The translations under genes were made by a program, and so were the position numbers. Under the pieces are notes generated by a model. It worked only from the letters and a program-made list of their open reading frames with translations. It ran no database searches and was not told the DNA's origin. Positions 30,823-41,453 of a stretch of DNA of 64,000 bases are shown piece by piece (the stretch's first letter is position 1; the number at the start of each line of letters is the position of its first letter). This DNA comes from an uncultured Pelagibacteraceae bacterium (lineage in GTDB: Bacteria > Pseudomonadota > Alphaproteobacteria > Pelagibacterales > Pelagibacteraceae): the NCBI GenBank assembly GCA_902545825.1, contig CACCHS010000002.1, positions 334-64,333 of the forward strand. Reading direction: 5' to 3'.

Positions 30823-31509
30823 TTACGAAATGATATTTAATTCATTAATTTTTTTTTTGATTTCTTTTAAATCTATCCACGAATATTTTTTTTGATCTGG
30901 TTGCCTTAAAAGATATGAAGGATGAAATGTTACAATGGATAAGTAAGTTTTTCCCTTTAAAATAACATCTTTCCATATTCCTCTCTCTTTAGAAATTTTA
31001 AAATTATTTCCAATCAATGCTTCCATTGCTGTACTGCCCATTATTATTAGTATTTTAGGATTAATTATAGAAATATGTTCATATAGAAATTTTGAATATT
31101 TATTTATCTCAGCAGTTGTTGGTTTTCTATTATTTGGTGGCCTGTAATTAACAACATTTGTAATGTAGATATTTTCTCTCTTAATATCTATGGCTGCTAA
31201 CATTTTATTTAATAATTTTCCCGCATCTCCCATAAAAGGTTTTCCTATTTCATCCTCTTTTTGACCCGGGCCTTCACCTACAAGCATTATTTTACTTCTA
31301 AAATTTCCATCACTAAAAACTAGCTGGTTAGCATAATTTTTAAGATCACAACCATCAATTTCAGTAATTTGTTTTTTAAGATTTTCTAGTTTTAATCTAA
31401 TTTCACCTGGCTGTTGTGACTTTTTTAGGCGTCTTATTGGTTTATTGCTAAATTCGTAATTTGAATCTATTGATTTTAGAAACTCATCATTTAAAACTTC
31501 ATTATTCAT
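30823..31509 (-). CDS. Uracil-DNA glycosylase family 4
   Basis: VGEGPG..ED..GKPF.G.AG.LL, TNVVNYRPPNNR, HPSYLLR; start set at ATG 31509. Confidence 0.92.
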   Translation of the reverse strand: MNNEVLNDEFLKSIDSNYEFSNKPIRRLKKSQQPGEIRLKLENLKKQITEIDGCDLKNYANQLVFSDGNFRSKIMLVGEGPGQKEDEIGKPFMGDAGKLLNKMLAAIDIKRENIYITNVVNYRPPNNRKPTTAEINKYSKFLYEHISIINPKILIIMGSTAMEALIGNNFKISKERGIWKDVILKGKTYLSIVTFHPSYLLRQPDQKKYSWIDLKEIKKKINELNIIS

Positions 31510-31517
31510 AAAAACAA

Positions 31518-33221
31518 ATGATATCAAAATTTATTAAAATTTTCTTTATTCTAATGATTTTTTTTTTCGCCAAACAGGCGAATTCCAAAGTAACAAGTAA
31601 TGATTTAAATGAGAACGAGCTTACCAATTATCTCTCAGCTATTATTTCTTACAATAACCAACAAAATCAAGACTCGCTAAGTTATTTGAATTCGTCAAAA
31701 GCATTAGTAAAAAAACGTGATAATTATTTGAGAAAATATATTTTCTCACTGGCTATAAATCAGAAAGTAAAAAAAGCAATTCAAGAAATAAAAATTTTAG
31801 AAAATAAAAAAGATTTTGATTTTTTTGAGTCTCAGGTACTTTTGACGCTGGACTCAATTTTAAAAGAGAAATATGCTGAGAGTGAAAATTATCTTGAATA
31901 TTTAAATGAATTAAAAGGTTCAAGCGTTTATGAAAATGCAATCTATGATACATTAACGTTATACTTATCGACTTTTAAAAACAAAAATCTAATTTTTCAA
32001 AAATCGAATTTTGATAATTTAGATCTTCTGAATATCACATTTTTAAAATGTTATTTAGATGATGATACCACCTCTAAGTCATTCTATACTTTGGTTAATT
32101 CTTCAAATGTAGATTATTCAAGATACTTATTCTTTTACTCTAATTATTTGATTAATCAAAATAAAGTCGAAGAGGCAAAAAAACTTTTTTTGAAACAAGA
32201 TAAAATTTCAAGTGGGCTACTTATTCTTCAGACAAATGACTGGTTGAAAAATAATCAAACAAAAAAAATTACAGATATATTTTCATGCAAGTCTGAAGCT
32301 GATCTTTTAGCTGAATTTTTTTTCTTAATTTCAAACTTGTATTCATCTGATGAAGATTTTGAAAGATCTAACTTTTACTTAAGTATTTCTAATTTTTTAA
32401 ATGAAAAATTTAAAGCAAATAAGCTATTAACTGTTGAAAACTATTTTAATTCTAAAAAGTACAAAGAGGCTGAAAAAATATTAAAAAATTTTAGTAAGCA
32501 GGATAAGCTATTTTATTGGTTTAAAGTGAAAATAAAAACCAAAATAATCGCAGAAAAATACGATGATAAACAAGCTTTGAATTATATTGAAACGAAGTTT
32601 AATAAAATAGAAAACAAAACAGATAAAATTATATTTGATATGGCAAATATTTATAAAAATTATAAAAAATATAATGAGGCAATAGAACTTTATTCTAAGC
32701 TAATGAAAAATTATAACATTAACTCAGATACTTATGCTGATTTATTATTTAGAAGAGGTGGTAGTTATGAAAGATTGTCAAATTTTGAAAAGAGCGATAA
32801 AGATTTATTAGCAGCATTAAAAATTGTTCCAGATAATTCTTATACTTTAAATTACTTGGCCTATTCTTGGCTTGAGAGAAAAATTAATATTTCTAAAGCT
32901 GTAAAAATGTTGGAGATTGCATATAAAAATAATGAGGATGATCCATATATCACCGACTCAGTTGGTTGGGGTTATTATTTAACAGGAAGATATACAGAAG
33001 CAGAAAAATTTATGAGAAAAGCGATAATGCTAATGCCCGATGATCCAATAGTGAATGACCATTACGGAGATATTTTATGGAGTCTCAATAGAAAAATTCA
33101 AGCAAAGTATTATTGGAATAGTGTTATAGGATTTAAAGATACGGAAAAAGATATGTTAGAAAAAGTAAAAAAAAAATTATTAGTGGGCCCAAATATTGAT
33201 AAGAATAACTCATACAATTAA
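31518..33221 (+). CDS. Exported tetratricopeptide repeat protein
   Basis: Signal peptide; LNYLAYSW, YITDSVGWGYY, VNDHYGDILW TPRs; usual neighbour of ispE. Confidence 0.88.
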   Translation: MISKFIKIFFILMIFFFAKQANSKVTSNDLNENELTNYLSAIISYNNQQNQDSLSYLNSSKALVKKRDNYLRKYIFSLAINQKVKKAIQEIKILENKKDFDFFESQVLLTLDSILKEKYAESENYLEYLNELKGSSVYENAIYDTLTLYLSTFKNKNLIFQKSNFDNLDLLNITFLKCYLDDDTTSKSFYTLVNSSNVDYSRYLFFYSNYLINQNKVEEAKKLFLKQDKISSGLLILQTNDWLKNNQTKKITDIFSCKSEADLLAEFFFLISNLYSSDEDFERSNFYLSISNFLNEKFKANKLLTVENYFNSKKYKEAEKILKNFSKQDKLFYWFKVKIKTKIIAEKYDDKQALNYIETKFNKIENKTDKIIFDMANIYKNYKKYNEAIELYSKLMKNYNINSDTYADLLFRRGGSYERLSNFEKSDKDLLAALKIVPDNSYTLNYLAYSWLERKINISKAVKMLEIAYKNNEDDPYITDSVGWGYYLTGRYTEAEKFMRKAIMLMPDDPIVNDHYGDILWSLNRKIQAKYYWNSVIGFKDTEKDMLEKVKKKLLVGPNIDKNNSYN

Positions 33222-34041
33222 GTCATTCGCTAAGATCAATTTAAATTTAAATATTGTCAGCAAAAGAAAGATAAATAATTTACATCAAATTGAAAGTTTA
33301 GTTGCTTTAATTGATTTGGCTGATGAGATAAAAATTAGTGAAATTAGAAGTAAGAAACATAAGGTAATTTTTAGAGGAAAATATTCTAAAGGTATATCAA
33401 AATTTAATACAATCACCCACTTATTGGGATTATTAGAAAAAGAAAAAATTATTAAAAAAAAATATCAAATATTAGTTAAAAAAAATATACCCCAAAAATC
33501 AGGTATGGGTGGTGGATCTATGAATGCGGCTTCAATTTTGAGTTTTTTTTTAAAAAAAAAAATATTAACAAAAAAACAAAGTGAAAAATTTGCCAAAAAA
33601 ATTGGATCAGATGTAATTTTGGGTCTCAATAAATTTCCAAAAATTTACCAATCTAATGGGAAAATACATTTACTAAAAACAAGAATTAAATACCATCTAT
33701 TATTAGTTAAACCCAATTTTGGCTGTTCAACAAGAAAAGTTTTTTCACACAATAAAGTATTTTCCCAAAGCAAATTAGGCAAATTAAAAAAAAATATTAG
33801 CAAAAGTGCAATTATAAATAGTGAAAATGATCTTGAAAATAGTGCTTTCAGACTTTATCCAAACCTTTTTAAACTAAAAAATAAGCTATTAAGTTGGAAA
33901 AAAGCTGAATTTGTGAGAATGACAGGATCTGGTTCAACTTTAGTAATGTATTTTAATACAAAAGTATCTGCAAAAAATGCGTTGAAAATGTCCAAAAGGA
34001 AATTAAATAATTGTTGGTGCATTTTATCAAAAGTTATATAA
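33196..34041 (+). CDS. ispE: 4-diphosphocytidyl-2-C-methyl-D-erythritol kinase
   Basis: AKINLNL, KNIP..SGMGGGS.NAA, GSDV, NDLE, MTGSGST. Confidence 0.92.
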   Translation: MIRITHTIKSFAKINLNLNIVSKRKINNLHQIESLVALIDLADEIKISEIRSKKHKVIFRGKYSKGISKFNTITHLLGLLEKEKIIKKKYQILVKKNIPQKSGMGGGSMNAASILSFFLKKKILTKKQSEKFAKKIGSDVILGLNKFPKIYQSNGKIHLLKTRIKYHLLLVKPNFGCSTRKVFSHNKVFSQSKLGKLKKNISKSAIINSENDLENSAFRLYPNLFKLKNKLLSWKKAEFVRMTGSGSTLVMYFNTKVSAKNALKMSKRKLNNCWCILSKVI

Positions 34042-34073
34042 AAATTTATTTTTGATAGAAAATAAATAAACTT

Positions 34074-34148
34074 TGGGGCGTAGCCAAGTGGTAAGGCAGC
34101 GGTTTTTGGTACCGCCATTCCTAGGTTCGAATCCTAGCGCCCCAGCCA
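34074..34148 (+). tRNA. tRNA-Gln (anticodon TTG), CCA encoded
   Basis: Acceptor stem TGGGGCG/CGCCCCA, D arm AGCCAAGTGGTAAGGC, anticodon arm GCGGT-TTTTGGT-ACCGC, T arm CTAGG-TTCGAAT-CCTAG, ends GCCA. Confidence 0.98.
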
Positions 34149-34151
34149 AAT

Positions 34152-35417
34152 ATGTTGAACTTTTTAAATAAAATTTTAAGTAATTCAAATAAAATTGAGT
34201 CTAAATTTATTGATCTACAAAATAATTCAAATGTAAAAAAAATATTTAATTCAATTCAAGATTTTTCAGCAGAATCTGAAGTTAGATATGTTGGTGGTTG
34301 TGTTAGAAAAATTCTTATGAATGAAAAAGTCGATGATATTGATCTTGCAACAAACCTTAAACCAGATGACGTTAAAAAAGCGTTAAATGCGAATAATATC
34401 AAGTTTTATGAAACAGGTATCCAACATGGAACAATTACTGCACAAATTGATAATGAAAAATATGAAATTACATCTTTGAGAAGCGATATAATGCCTGACG
34501 GAAGACATTCAAAAGTTGAATTTACCGAAGATTGGAAAAAAGATGCTGAAAGAAGAGACTTTACAATAAACGCTATTTATTCAGACATTAATGGAAACCT
34601 GTTTGATCCCTTCGATGGAAAAAGAGACCTTGAATCCGGAAAAGTTATTTTTATTGGTAAAGCAGAACAAAGAATTCAAGAGGATTATTTAAGAATTCTT
34701 AGGTATTTAAGATTTTTCTCTATGTATAGCAAAACAGATCACAATTTAAATACTTTAAAAAGTATTAAAAAAAATTTAAGTGGTATTTCTAAAATATCCT
34801 CCGAAAGACTATTAGATGAATTTAAAAAAATTACTATTTCAGGTTCATTAGAAAAACTATGTTTAAATAATTATTCTTTAGAGATACTGAAATTTATATT
34901 CCCACAATTTAAAAAACTAGATATTATAAAAAATTTAAATCCTAAGGCTAAAGAAAATCTTAAAAATATTGATTTTCCGTTTTTGTTAGCAGTGATAAGC
35001 ATAGACGAAACTGATAATTTAGAATATTTCCTATTTAAATTTAACATTTCCAAAAAAGATCAAAAACGAATTAAAAATATCAAAGACTTTTTTTATAATG
35101 TTAAAACAACAGTCAAAATAGATTCCAAATCACTTTGGAAATATTACTATTTGTATGGCAAGGAAAGTTTATTAGATATTTTAAATTATAAAGTATTTAC
35201 TTCAAAAAAAGTTGAAAAAAAGATTTTAGAGTTTATTCAACACTTTAAAAATCAAGAGTTACCGGTTTTTCCTATTAAAGCAGAATATTTAATGAAAAAA
35301 TTTAATTTAACTGAAGGAAAAAAGATTGGTGAATATTTAAAACTTTTAGAGGATTTTTGGATTAAAAACAATTTTTCTATTACAGAAAAAGACTTAGAAA
35401 GAATTATTAAAAATTAA
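34152..35417 (+). CDS. cca: CCA tRNA nucleotidyltransferase (class II)
   Basis: VGGCVR...DDIDLAT, TGIQHGT, RSD..DGRH loop, [16 protein letters not shown]; no poly(A) polymerase G[RK][RK]F signature. Confidence 0.88.
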   Translation: MLNFLNKILSNSNKIESKFIDLQNNSNVKKIFNSIQDFSAESEVRYVGGCVRKILMNEKVDDIDLATNLKPDDVKKALNANNIKFYETGIQHGTITAQIDNEKYEITSLRSDIMPDGRHSKVEFTEDWKKDAERRDFTINAIYSDINGNLFDPFDGKRDLESGKVIFIGKAEQRIQEDYLRILRYLRFFSMYSKTDHNLNTLKSIKKNLSGISKISSERLLDEFKKITISGSLEKLCLNNYSLEILKFIFPQFKKLDIIKNLNPKAKENLKNIDFPFLLAVISIDETDNLEYFLFKFNISKKDQKRIKNIKDFFYNVKTTVKIDSKSLWKYYYLYGKESLLDILNYKVFTSKKVEKKILEFIQHFKNQELPVFPIKAEYLMKKFNLTEGKKIGEYLKLLEDFWIKNNFSITEKDLERIIKN

Positions 35418-35890
35418 ATATATTTTACATCTTTTATTTCAAAATTTTTATCACCTGCAGGAGTTTTAATCTCAACTAAGTCACCTTTATTTTTGCCAAT
35501 CAATCCTCTACCGATTGGAGATTTAAAATAAATTAATTTATTTTTTATATCAGCCTCATCTTTACCAACTATTTTATAATTTACTTTTTCATCATTATCT
35601 AAGTTTACTAAAAAAACAGTTGATCCAAATATAACCTTTCCTTCATTTGGAAGCTTAGTTACATCAATTACATTTGCTCTTGCAATTAAATCATTAATTT
35701 CTTCAATTCGTCCTTCATTGTGAGATTGTTGCTCTTTGGCTGCGTGGTACTCCGCATTTTCTTTTAGGTCACCATGAGATCTTGCCTCAGATATAGCTGA
35801 AACTATTTCTGGACGTTTTTTCTCTTTTCTAAAAACTAGTTCCTCTTTTAGTCTCTCTAAACCTTTAATTGTTATTGGCTCTTTATCCAT
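35414..35890 (-). CDS. greA: Transcription elongation factor GreA
   Basis: [27 protein letters not shown]; start set at ATG 35890. Confidence 0.97.
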   Translation of the reverse strand: MDKEPITIKGLERLKEELVFRKEKKRPEIVSAISEARSHGDLKENAEYHAAKEQQSHNEGRIEEINDLIARANVIDVTKLPNEGKVIFGSTVFLVNLDNDEKVNYKIVGKDEADIKNKLIYFKSPIGRGLIGKNKGDLVEIKTPAGDKNFEIKDVKYI

Positions 35891-35892
35891 TC

Positions 35893-36720
35893 TTATTTCC
35901 ATTTAGCAATAGGTGGTAACGACATTAAAATTCCCTCAACGTTTCCACCTGTTTGAAGTCCAAATTTAGTCCCTCTATCGTATATTAAATTAAATTCTAC
36001 ATATCTTCCACGTTTCAAAAATTGTTTTTCCTTATCTTTTTTTGTCCATTTTTTATTTTTATAATTAAGAATAATTTCATTATAAATCATTTGAAAAGTT
36101 AAACCAACATCCCTTATAAATTCAAAATCTTTTGCCCAATTTTTTTTTTTATAATCGAAAAAAATTCCACCTATCCCCCTGGGTTCATTTCTATGTTTCA
36201 AAAAAAAATACTCATCACACCATTTTTTATATTTTTTGTAATAATTTTTATTATGTTGATCACATGATTTCTTAAGTGTTTGATGAAATTTTTTTTTTAA
36301 ATTATTATTTCTAATACAAGGTGTAATATCTATCCCTCCACCAAACCATCCAAATGATGTGTGGATATATCTCGTATTGAAATGCATTGCTGGGATATGT
36401 GGATTTTTCATATGCATCACAACCGAGATACCTGAGGCCCAAAATTTTGCACTCTTATTAGTTCCAGGAATTTTATTCTTAAATTGTTTTGATAATTTTC
36501 CATAGACTTCAGAAAAATTAACTCCTACTTTGTCAAAAACTTTTCCATTTTCAAATATTTTAAATTCACCGCCTCCTTCATCTCTTTTTTTATTTCTTTC
36601 CCAGCTATTTGAGTTAAATATATTTTTTTTTCCCTCAATTTTTTCAATGTCATCACAAATAGAATCTTGTAAAATTTTAAACCAATTAGATGTAAGTTTT
36701 TTTTTGAGTTTTTTGTTCAT
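35893..36720 (-). CDS. hemF: Oxygen-dependent coproporphyrinogen III oxidase
   Basis: [46 protein letters not shown]. Confidence 0.97.
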   Translation of the reverse strand: MNKKLKKKLTSNWFKILQDSICDDIEKIEGKKNIFNSNSWERNKKRDEGGGEFKIFENGKVFDKVGVNFSEVYGKLSKQFKNKIPGTNKSAKFWASGISVVMHMKNPHIPAMHFNTRYIHTSFGWFGGGIDITPCIRNNNLKKKFHQTLKKSCDQHNKNYYKKYKKWCDEYFFLKHRNEPRGIGGIFFDYKKKNWAKDFEFIRDVGLTFQMIYNEIILNYKNKKWTKKDKEKQFLKRGRYVEFNLIYDRGTKFGLQTGGNVEGILMSLPPIAKWK

Positions 36721-36721
36721 T

Positions 36722-37186
36722 TTAATTAAGTTGTCTTAAACATTCTGCCACAACAATAGAAACTGATGTTGATAAATTTAAAGATCTTTTTTTGTCTACC
36801 ATTGGGATTTTTAACCTATGATTTACTAATTTATGTATTTTTTCAGGCACTCCTGCACTTTCTTTACCAAATAAAATAGTATCATTTTTTTTAAATTTAA
36901 AGTCTGTATAATTTTTTTTTCCTTTCGTAGTCATTAAAATAACTCTTTGCTTACTTTTTGCTTGAAGAAAATCTTCTGCACTCTCATAAAATTTTATTTT
37001 ATCTAAATTCATATAATCTAATACAACTCTTTTAAATCTTTTATCGCTTAATAAGAAACCACAAGGCTCAATAATTTCAAGACTCGCCCCCAGACAAGAG
37101 CAAGTTCTGATGATAGACGCAGCATTTTGAGGAATATCAGGCTCATATAGTGCTATTTTGAACGCTGAAATGGCTTTATGTGTCAT
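36722..37186 (-). CDS. trmL: tRNA (cytidine/uridine-2'-O)-methyltransferase
   Basis: [17 protein letters not shown]...RSLNLS SPOUT motifs. Confidence 0.92.
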   Translation of the reverse strand: MTHKAISAFKIALYEPDIPQNAASIIRTCSCLGASLEIIEPCGFLLSDKRFKRVVLDYMNLDKIKFYESAEDFLQAKSKQRVILMTTKGKKNYTDFKFKKNDTILFGKESAGVPEKIHKLVNHRLKIPMVDKKRSLNLSTSVSIVVAECLRQLN

Positions 37187-37258
37187 TGTTTCAGTAGAAA
37201 TTATTCATTTTTATATTATATGAAATCATATATTAGGTACCTTAAACTATATTTAAAA

Positions 37259-37768
37259 ATGTCCGAGAAAAAAGTCAAAAGAAGAGATTTTATATTCACT
37301 GCGACTTATGCTGTTGGTGCGGTGGGTGTTGCAGCTACAGTATGGCCCTTAGTAGATCAAATGAACCCTGATGCATCTGTTAAAGCTTTAGCTAGTACAG
37401 AAGTAGACGTGAGTTCAGTTGAACCTGGCAAAACCATAACTGTTTTGTGGAGAGGCAAACCAGTATTTATTAAAAGAAGAACTCAAAATGAAATTGATGA
37501 AGCAAGGTCTGTAAGGATGGAAGATTTACCAGATCCAGAAAAAGACGAGGATAGAGCGAAAAATCCAGAGTGGCTTGTGATGTTAGGAGTTTGTACTCAT
37601 CTTGGCTGCGTACCTTTAAATGATAAAGGAGACTACAATGGTTGGTTTTGTCCATGTCACGGATCACATTACGATACATCTGGAAGAATTAGAAAAGGAC
37701 CTGCACCAACAAATATGTCAATCCCGAACTATGAATTTTTAGAAAATAACATAATTAAAATTGGATAA
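37259..37768 (+). CDS. petA: Ubiquinol-cytochrome c reductase Rieske subunit
   Basis: Tat motif RRDFI, CTHLGC, CPCHGS; start set at ATG 37259. Confidence 0.98.
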   Translation: MSEKKVKRRDFIFTATYAVGAVGVAATVWPLVDQMNPDASVKALASTEVDVSSVEPGKTITVLWRGKPVFIKRRTQNEIDEARSVRMEDLPDPEKDEDRAKNPEWLVMLGVCTHLGCVPLNDKGDYNGWFCPCHGSHYDTSGRIRKGPAPTNMSIPNYEFLENNIIKIG

Positions 37769-37773
37769 AACTA

Positions 37774-39033
37774 ATGAGTGATCATAATTACACACCAAAA
37801 TCTAAATTCGGAAAGTGGTTTAACGATAGATTACCTTTATTGTCATTAGCAAACCATCTTACTGATTACCCAACACCAAAAAATTTAAATTATTGGTGGA
37901 CATTTGGAGGTATTTTAACTTTTTGTTTAATTACTCAGATTGTTACAGGCTTAACATTAGCCATGCATTATATTGCTCATGCTGATATGGCCTTTGATAG
38001 TGTTGAGCATATTATGAGAGATGTAAATTACGGTTGGTTAATTAGATACATTCATTCCAATGGAGCCTCTATGTTTTTTTTAGCAGTTTACATTCATATA
38101 TTTAGATCTCTATTTTATGGATCTTATAAAGCTCCAAGAGAAATAATCTGGATATTAGGAATTATAATTTATTTACTGATGATGGCTGCTGCGTTTATGG
38201 GATATGTTCTTCCATGGGGACAAATGAGCTTTTGGGGAGCAACAGTTATAACAAATCTTTTTAGCGCTATTCCATTAGTTGGAGAAGGTATAGTCACATG
38301 GTTATGGGGCGGCTATTCTGTTGATAACCCTACGCTTACAAGATTTTTTACATTACATTATTTAATTCCATTTTTAATATTAGGTTTAGTTGTATTACAT
38401 ATTTGGGCATTACACGTTCCTGGAAATAATAACCCAGTTGGTATTGATATAAAGAAACCATCTAAAGATACGGTTCCATTTCATCCGTATATTGTAATCA
38501 AAGATACATTCGCATTATTGATGTTTATGATAATTTTTGCTTTTTTTGTTTTTTATTCTCCAAACGTTTTGGGGCACGCAGATAATTATATTGAGGCCAA
38601 TCCAATGGTAACACCAGCACATATTGTACCGGAGTGGTACTTATTACCTTTTTATGCAATTTTAAGATCTGTACCAGATAAGCTCTTAGGCGTGATAGCT
38701 ATGTTATCTGCGATTTTAATACTCGCTGCCTTGCCGTGGTTAGACACATCTAAAATAAGATCTGCTGTATTTAGACCTTTGTATAGACAATTTTATTGGA
38801 TTTTAGTTTTAGACGTACTAGTTTTAGGATACGTCGGAGCAATGCCAGCTGAGGGATTATATTTACTAATCGCAAGAGTTGCTACCGCTTATTATTTTGC
38901 GCACTTCTTAATAATTCTTCCATTACTTGGATTTAAAGAGAAAACTCTGCCTTTACCGTTTAGTATATCAGATCCAGTTTTAGGAGGATCAGCCAATTTA
39001 TCTATGGCAAAAAGTGATAAAAAAGAGGGTTGA
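37774..39033 (+). CDS. petB: Cytochrome b
   Basis: Heme His ligands, [13 protein letters not shown]. Confidence 0.99.
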   Translation: MSDHNYTPKSKFGKWFNDRLPLLSLANHLTDYPTPKNLNYWWTFGGILTFCLITQIVTGLTLAMHYIAHADMAFDSVEHIMRDVNYGWLIRYIHSNGASMFFLAVYIHIFRSLFYGSYKAPREIIWILGIIIYLLMMAAAFMGYVLPWGQMSFWGATVITNLFSAIPLVGEGIVTWLWGGYSVDNPTLTRFFTLHYLIPFLILGLVVLHIWALHVPGNNNPVGIDIKKPSKDTVPFHPYIVIKDTFALLMFMIIFAFFVFYSPNVLGHADNYIEANPMVTPAHIVPEWYLLPFYAILRSVPDKLLGVIAMLSAILILAALPWLDTSKIRSAVFRPLYRQFYWILVLDVLVLGYVGAMPAEGLYLLIARVATAYYFAHFLIILPLLGFKEKTLPLPFSISDPVLGGSANLSMAKSDKKEG

Positions 39034-39036
39034 GGA

Positions 39037-39813
39037 GTGAGAGCTTTTAAAATTCTATTAACTACTTTTATATTTTTTACCGTACCTCTTCAAATAAATA
39101 GCGCTGAAAAAGTTGAATTATTAAAAACAGATTGGTCTTTTAAAGGACCTCTAGGCAAGTTTGATAGATCATCACTACAAAGAGGATATCAAGTGTACAC
39201 CGAGGTGTGTGCAGCCTGCCATTCAATGAAATATTTAAGTTATAGAAATTTAATGGAAAAGGGTGGGCCTGAGTTTTCAGAGGCTCAAGCAAAATCTATA
39301 GCAGCAAGTTTTGAGGTCACTGATGGTCCAAATGCTGATGGAGAAATGTTTTCAAGACCCGCAAGATTATCTGATAAATTTCCAATGCCATATCCAAATG
39401 AGAAGGCAGCCCAAGCAGCTAATGGAGGTGCTTACCCACCAGATATGTCTGTTTTGGCTAAAGCTAGAAAAGGGGGCGTAGATTATCTTTATTCAGTCTT
39501 ATTAGGTTATACAGAGCCTCCAGCTGGAGTTACTTTGGACGAGGGCGTTTATTACAATAAGTTTATGTATGGAAACAAAATTAAAATGCCAAAAGTTCTC
39601 GAGGATGACTTAATAGAGTATGGAGATGGTACTTTAGCTACAGAAGTGCAAATGGCGAAAGATGTTGTTACGTTTTTGATGTGGTCAGCAGAGCCACATT
39701 TAGAGGCAAGACATAAAATGGGCTTTAGAGCAATTATATATTTGACTATTTTGACTATATTAGTTTATTTCAGTATGAAAAAAATTTGGTCACGTGTTGA
39801 ATCTGAAGTTTAA
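39037..39813 (+). CDS. petC: Cytochrome c1
   Basis: QRGYQVY..VCAACH, PPDMS, C-terminal TM; GTG start. Confidence 0.98.
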   Translation: MRAFKILLTTFIFFTVPLQINSAEKVELLKTDWSFKGPLGKFDRSSLQRGYQVYTEVCAACHSMKYLSYRNLMEKGGPEFSEAQAKSIAASFEVTDGPNADGEMFSRPARLSDKFPMPYPNEKAAQAANGGAYPPDMSVLAKARKGGVDYLYSVLLGYTEPPAGVTLDEGVYYNKFMYGNKIKMPKVLEDDLIEYGDGTLATEVQMAKDVVTFLMWSAEPHLEARHKMGFRAIIYLTILTILVYFSMKKIWSRVESEV

Positions 39814-40863
39814 TACATCGCCATCTTTTACAATATAGTCTTTACCCTCTAACCTCATTTTTCCACTACTTCTAGATTGTGTCCAACCTTGGTTGTTTAC
39901 GAAATCTAGATAAGAAACAGTCTCTGCTTTAATAAATCCTTTCTCAAAATCTGAGTGTATTTTGCCAGCAGCATTAGGTGCAGTACTATTTTTTTTAATG
40001 GTCCATGCTCTTGTTTCTTCAGCACCAGATGTAAAAAATGTGTCTAATTCTAATATATCATAACCTTTTTTGATCATTAATTTAAGGCCTGTTTCATCCG
40101 AACCAATCATTTTCATGTAGTTTACTTTTTCCTCGTTACTTAATTGATTAATTTGATTTTCAATATCTGCTGAAATTATTAATGTATTTTTTTTACCAAA
40201 TTTTTCAGTGAATAAATTAGTATATTTATTTCCATTTTTAATACTTTTCTCGTCTACATTACATACGTATATTTTAGGTTTAAGCGATAGAAGACCAGAT
40301 TTATTTATGGTAGCAAGATCAAATTTTTCATTTATTTTGATGAGGTCTCTATTATTATTTAAACAGTCTGCGGTAGCCTCTAAAATATCTTGCTGTTCCT
40401 TATCTAAGCTTTTTTTATTTTTTTTATCTAATCTTTTTTGTATTGATTCAAGATCAGCAAGCATCATTTCTGTCTCAATTATTTCTAAATCTCTTACCGG
40501 ATCAACTGTTTGATTGACATTTTGAATATTTGAGGAGTCAAAACATCTTATCATATGCAATATTGCATCCACCTCTCGTATATGAGATAAAAATTTATTC
40601 CCTAGGCCTTCACCTTTAGATGCACCTTTTACTAAGCCAGCTATATCAACGAAAGAAATTGTAGTATTAATTTTTTTTTTTGATGATGATATTTCCGCTA
40701 ACTTATCAAGTCTCTCATCTGGTACCGGAACTATTCCAATATTTGGATCAATTGTACAAAAAGGGAAATTCTCCGCTTGAGCTTTATTAGAATTAGTCAA
40801 AGCATTAAATAAAGTAGACTTACCAACATTTGGTAACCCAACTATACCACACTTAAATCCCAT
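39790..40863 (-). CDS. ychF: Ribosome-binding ATPase YchF
   Basis: GLPNVGKS, FPFCTIDPN, DIAGLV, TGS domain. Confidence 0.98.
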   Translation of the reverse strand: MGFKCGIVGLPNVGKSTLFNALTNSNKAQAENFPFCTIDPNIGIVPVPDERLDKLAEISSSKKKINTTISFVDIAGLVKGASKGEGLGNKFLSHIREVDAILHMIRCFDSSNIQNVNQTVDPVRDLEIIETEMMLADLESIQKRLDKKNKKSLDKEQQDILEATADCLNNNRDLIKINEKFDLATINKSGLLSLKPKIYVCNVDEKSIKNGNKYTNLFTEKFGKKNTLIISADIENQINQLSNEEKVNYMKMIGSDETGLKLMIKKGYDILELDTFFTSGAEETRAWTIKKNSTAPNAAGKIHSDFEKGFIKAETVSYLDFVNNQGWTQSRSSGKMRLEGKDYIVKDGDVLNFRFNT

Positions 40864-41423
40864 TATTTATTATTAACAGTGCTTGAAAATAGATCCAACT
40901 TTTTATCTAACAAAATTGGAAGTGATTCTGTTATATTTTTTGTGATGGTTCCAATTTCCTCTTTTTCTTCATCATTGAAATCTTGAAGAACGTGTTCTGC
41001 AACTTGAATGTTATTTTTTGGCTGCCCAATACCAATTCTTACTCTAGAATATTCTTTTCCAATAAATTTATCGATTGATTCAATACCATTATGCCCTGCA
41101 CTGGATCCTCCAAATTTAGTTTTAATTTTTCCAAAGTCTATATCTAGATCATCGTGAAAAACAATTACATCCTCAGCATCAATTTTAAAATATTCAATTA
41201 ATTCTCTGATGCAAACACCCGAGTTATTCATAAATGTAAGAGGTTTTATAGCATAAACTTTTTTACCGCTTATGGTGCCTGTAGTTAATAAACCCTTAAA
41301 TTTTGGTTTTTGTTTTGATAATCCAAACTTTTGATTTATAGCGTCAATAATCTTAAAACCAATGTTATGTCTATTATTCTCTGAATTTGGCGTGGGATTA
41401 CCTAAGCCTACAAATAAAAGCAT
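40863..41423 (-). CDS. pth: Peptidyl-tRNA hydrolase
   Basis: GLGNP, RHNIGF, KPLTFMN, HDDLD, GHNG. Confidence 0.98.
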   Translation of the reverse strand: MLLFVGLGNPTPNSENNRHNIGFKIIDAINQKFGLSKQKPKFKGLLTTGTISGKKVYAIKPLTFMNNSGVCIRELIEYFKIDAEDVIVFHDDLDIDFGKIKTKFGGSSAGHNGIESIDKFIGKEYSRVRIGIGQPKNNIQVAEHVLQDFNDEEKEEIGTITKNITESLPILLDKKLDLFSSTVNNK

Positions 41424-41453
41424 ATTATGAGTTATTTAGAGTTTTCAATTAAG

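Noticed and set aside
33196-34041. ispE as a possible pseudogene (divergent middle, no clear GRGE motif, long T/A runs near 33543-33562)
   Set aside because: Frame is intact at full length with the Lys, Gly-rich ATP loop, Asp and SGS motifs; divergence fits AT drift.
33855-34118. 87-aa minus-strand ORF beginning MAVPKTAALPLGYAP
   Set aside because: Antisense translation of tRNA-Gln and the end of ispE; a common artefact.
34074-34200. tRNA as an integration site for an island or prophage
   Set aside because: No integrase, no duplicated tRNA 3' end noticed, and core genes on both sides.
37178-37258. N-terminal extensions in the ORF track (petA, DoxX, atpF, greA, folB, carB, UDG)
   Set aside because: Longest-ORF artefacts overlapping neighbouring genes; downstream ATGs match family N-termini.
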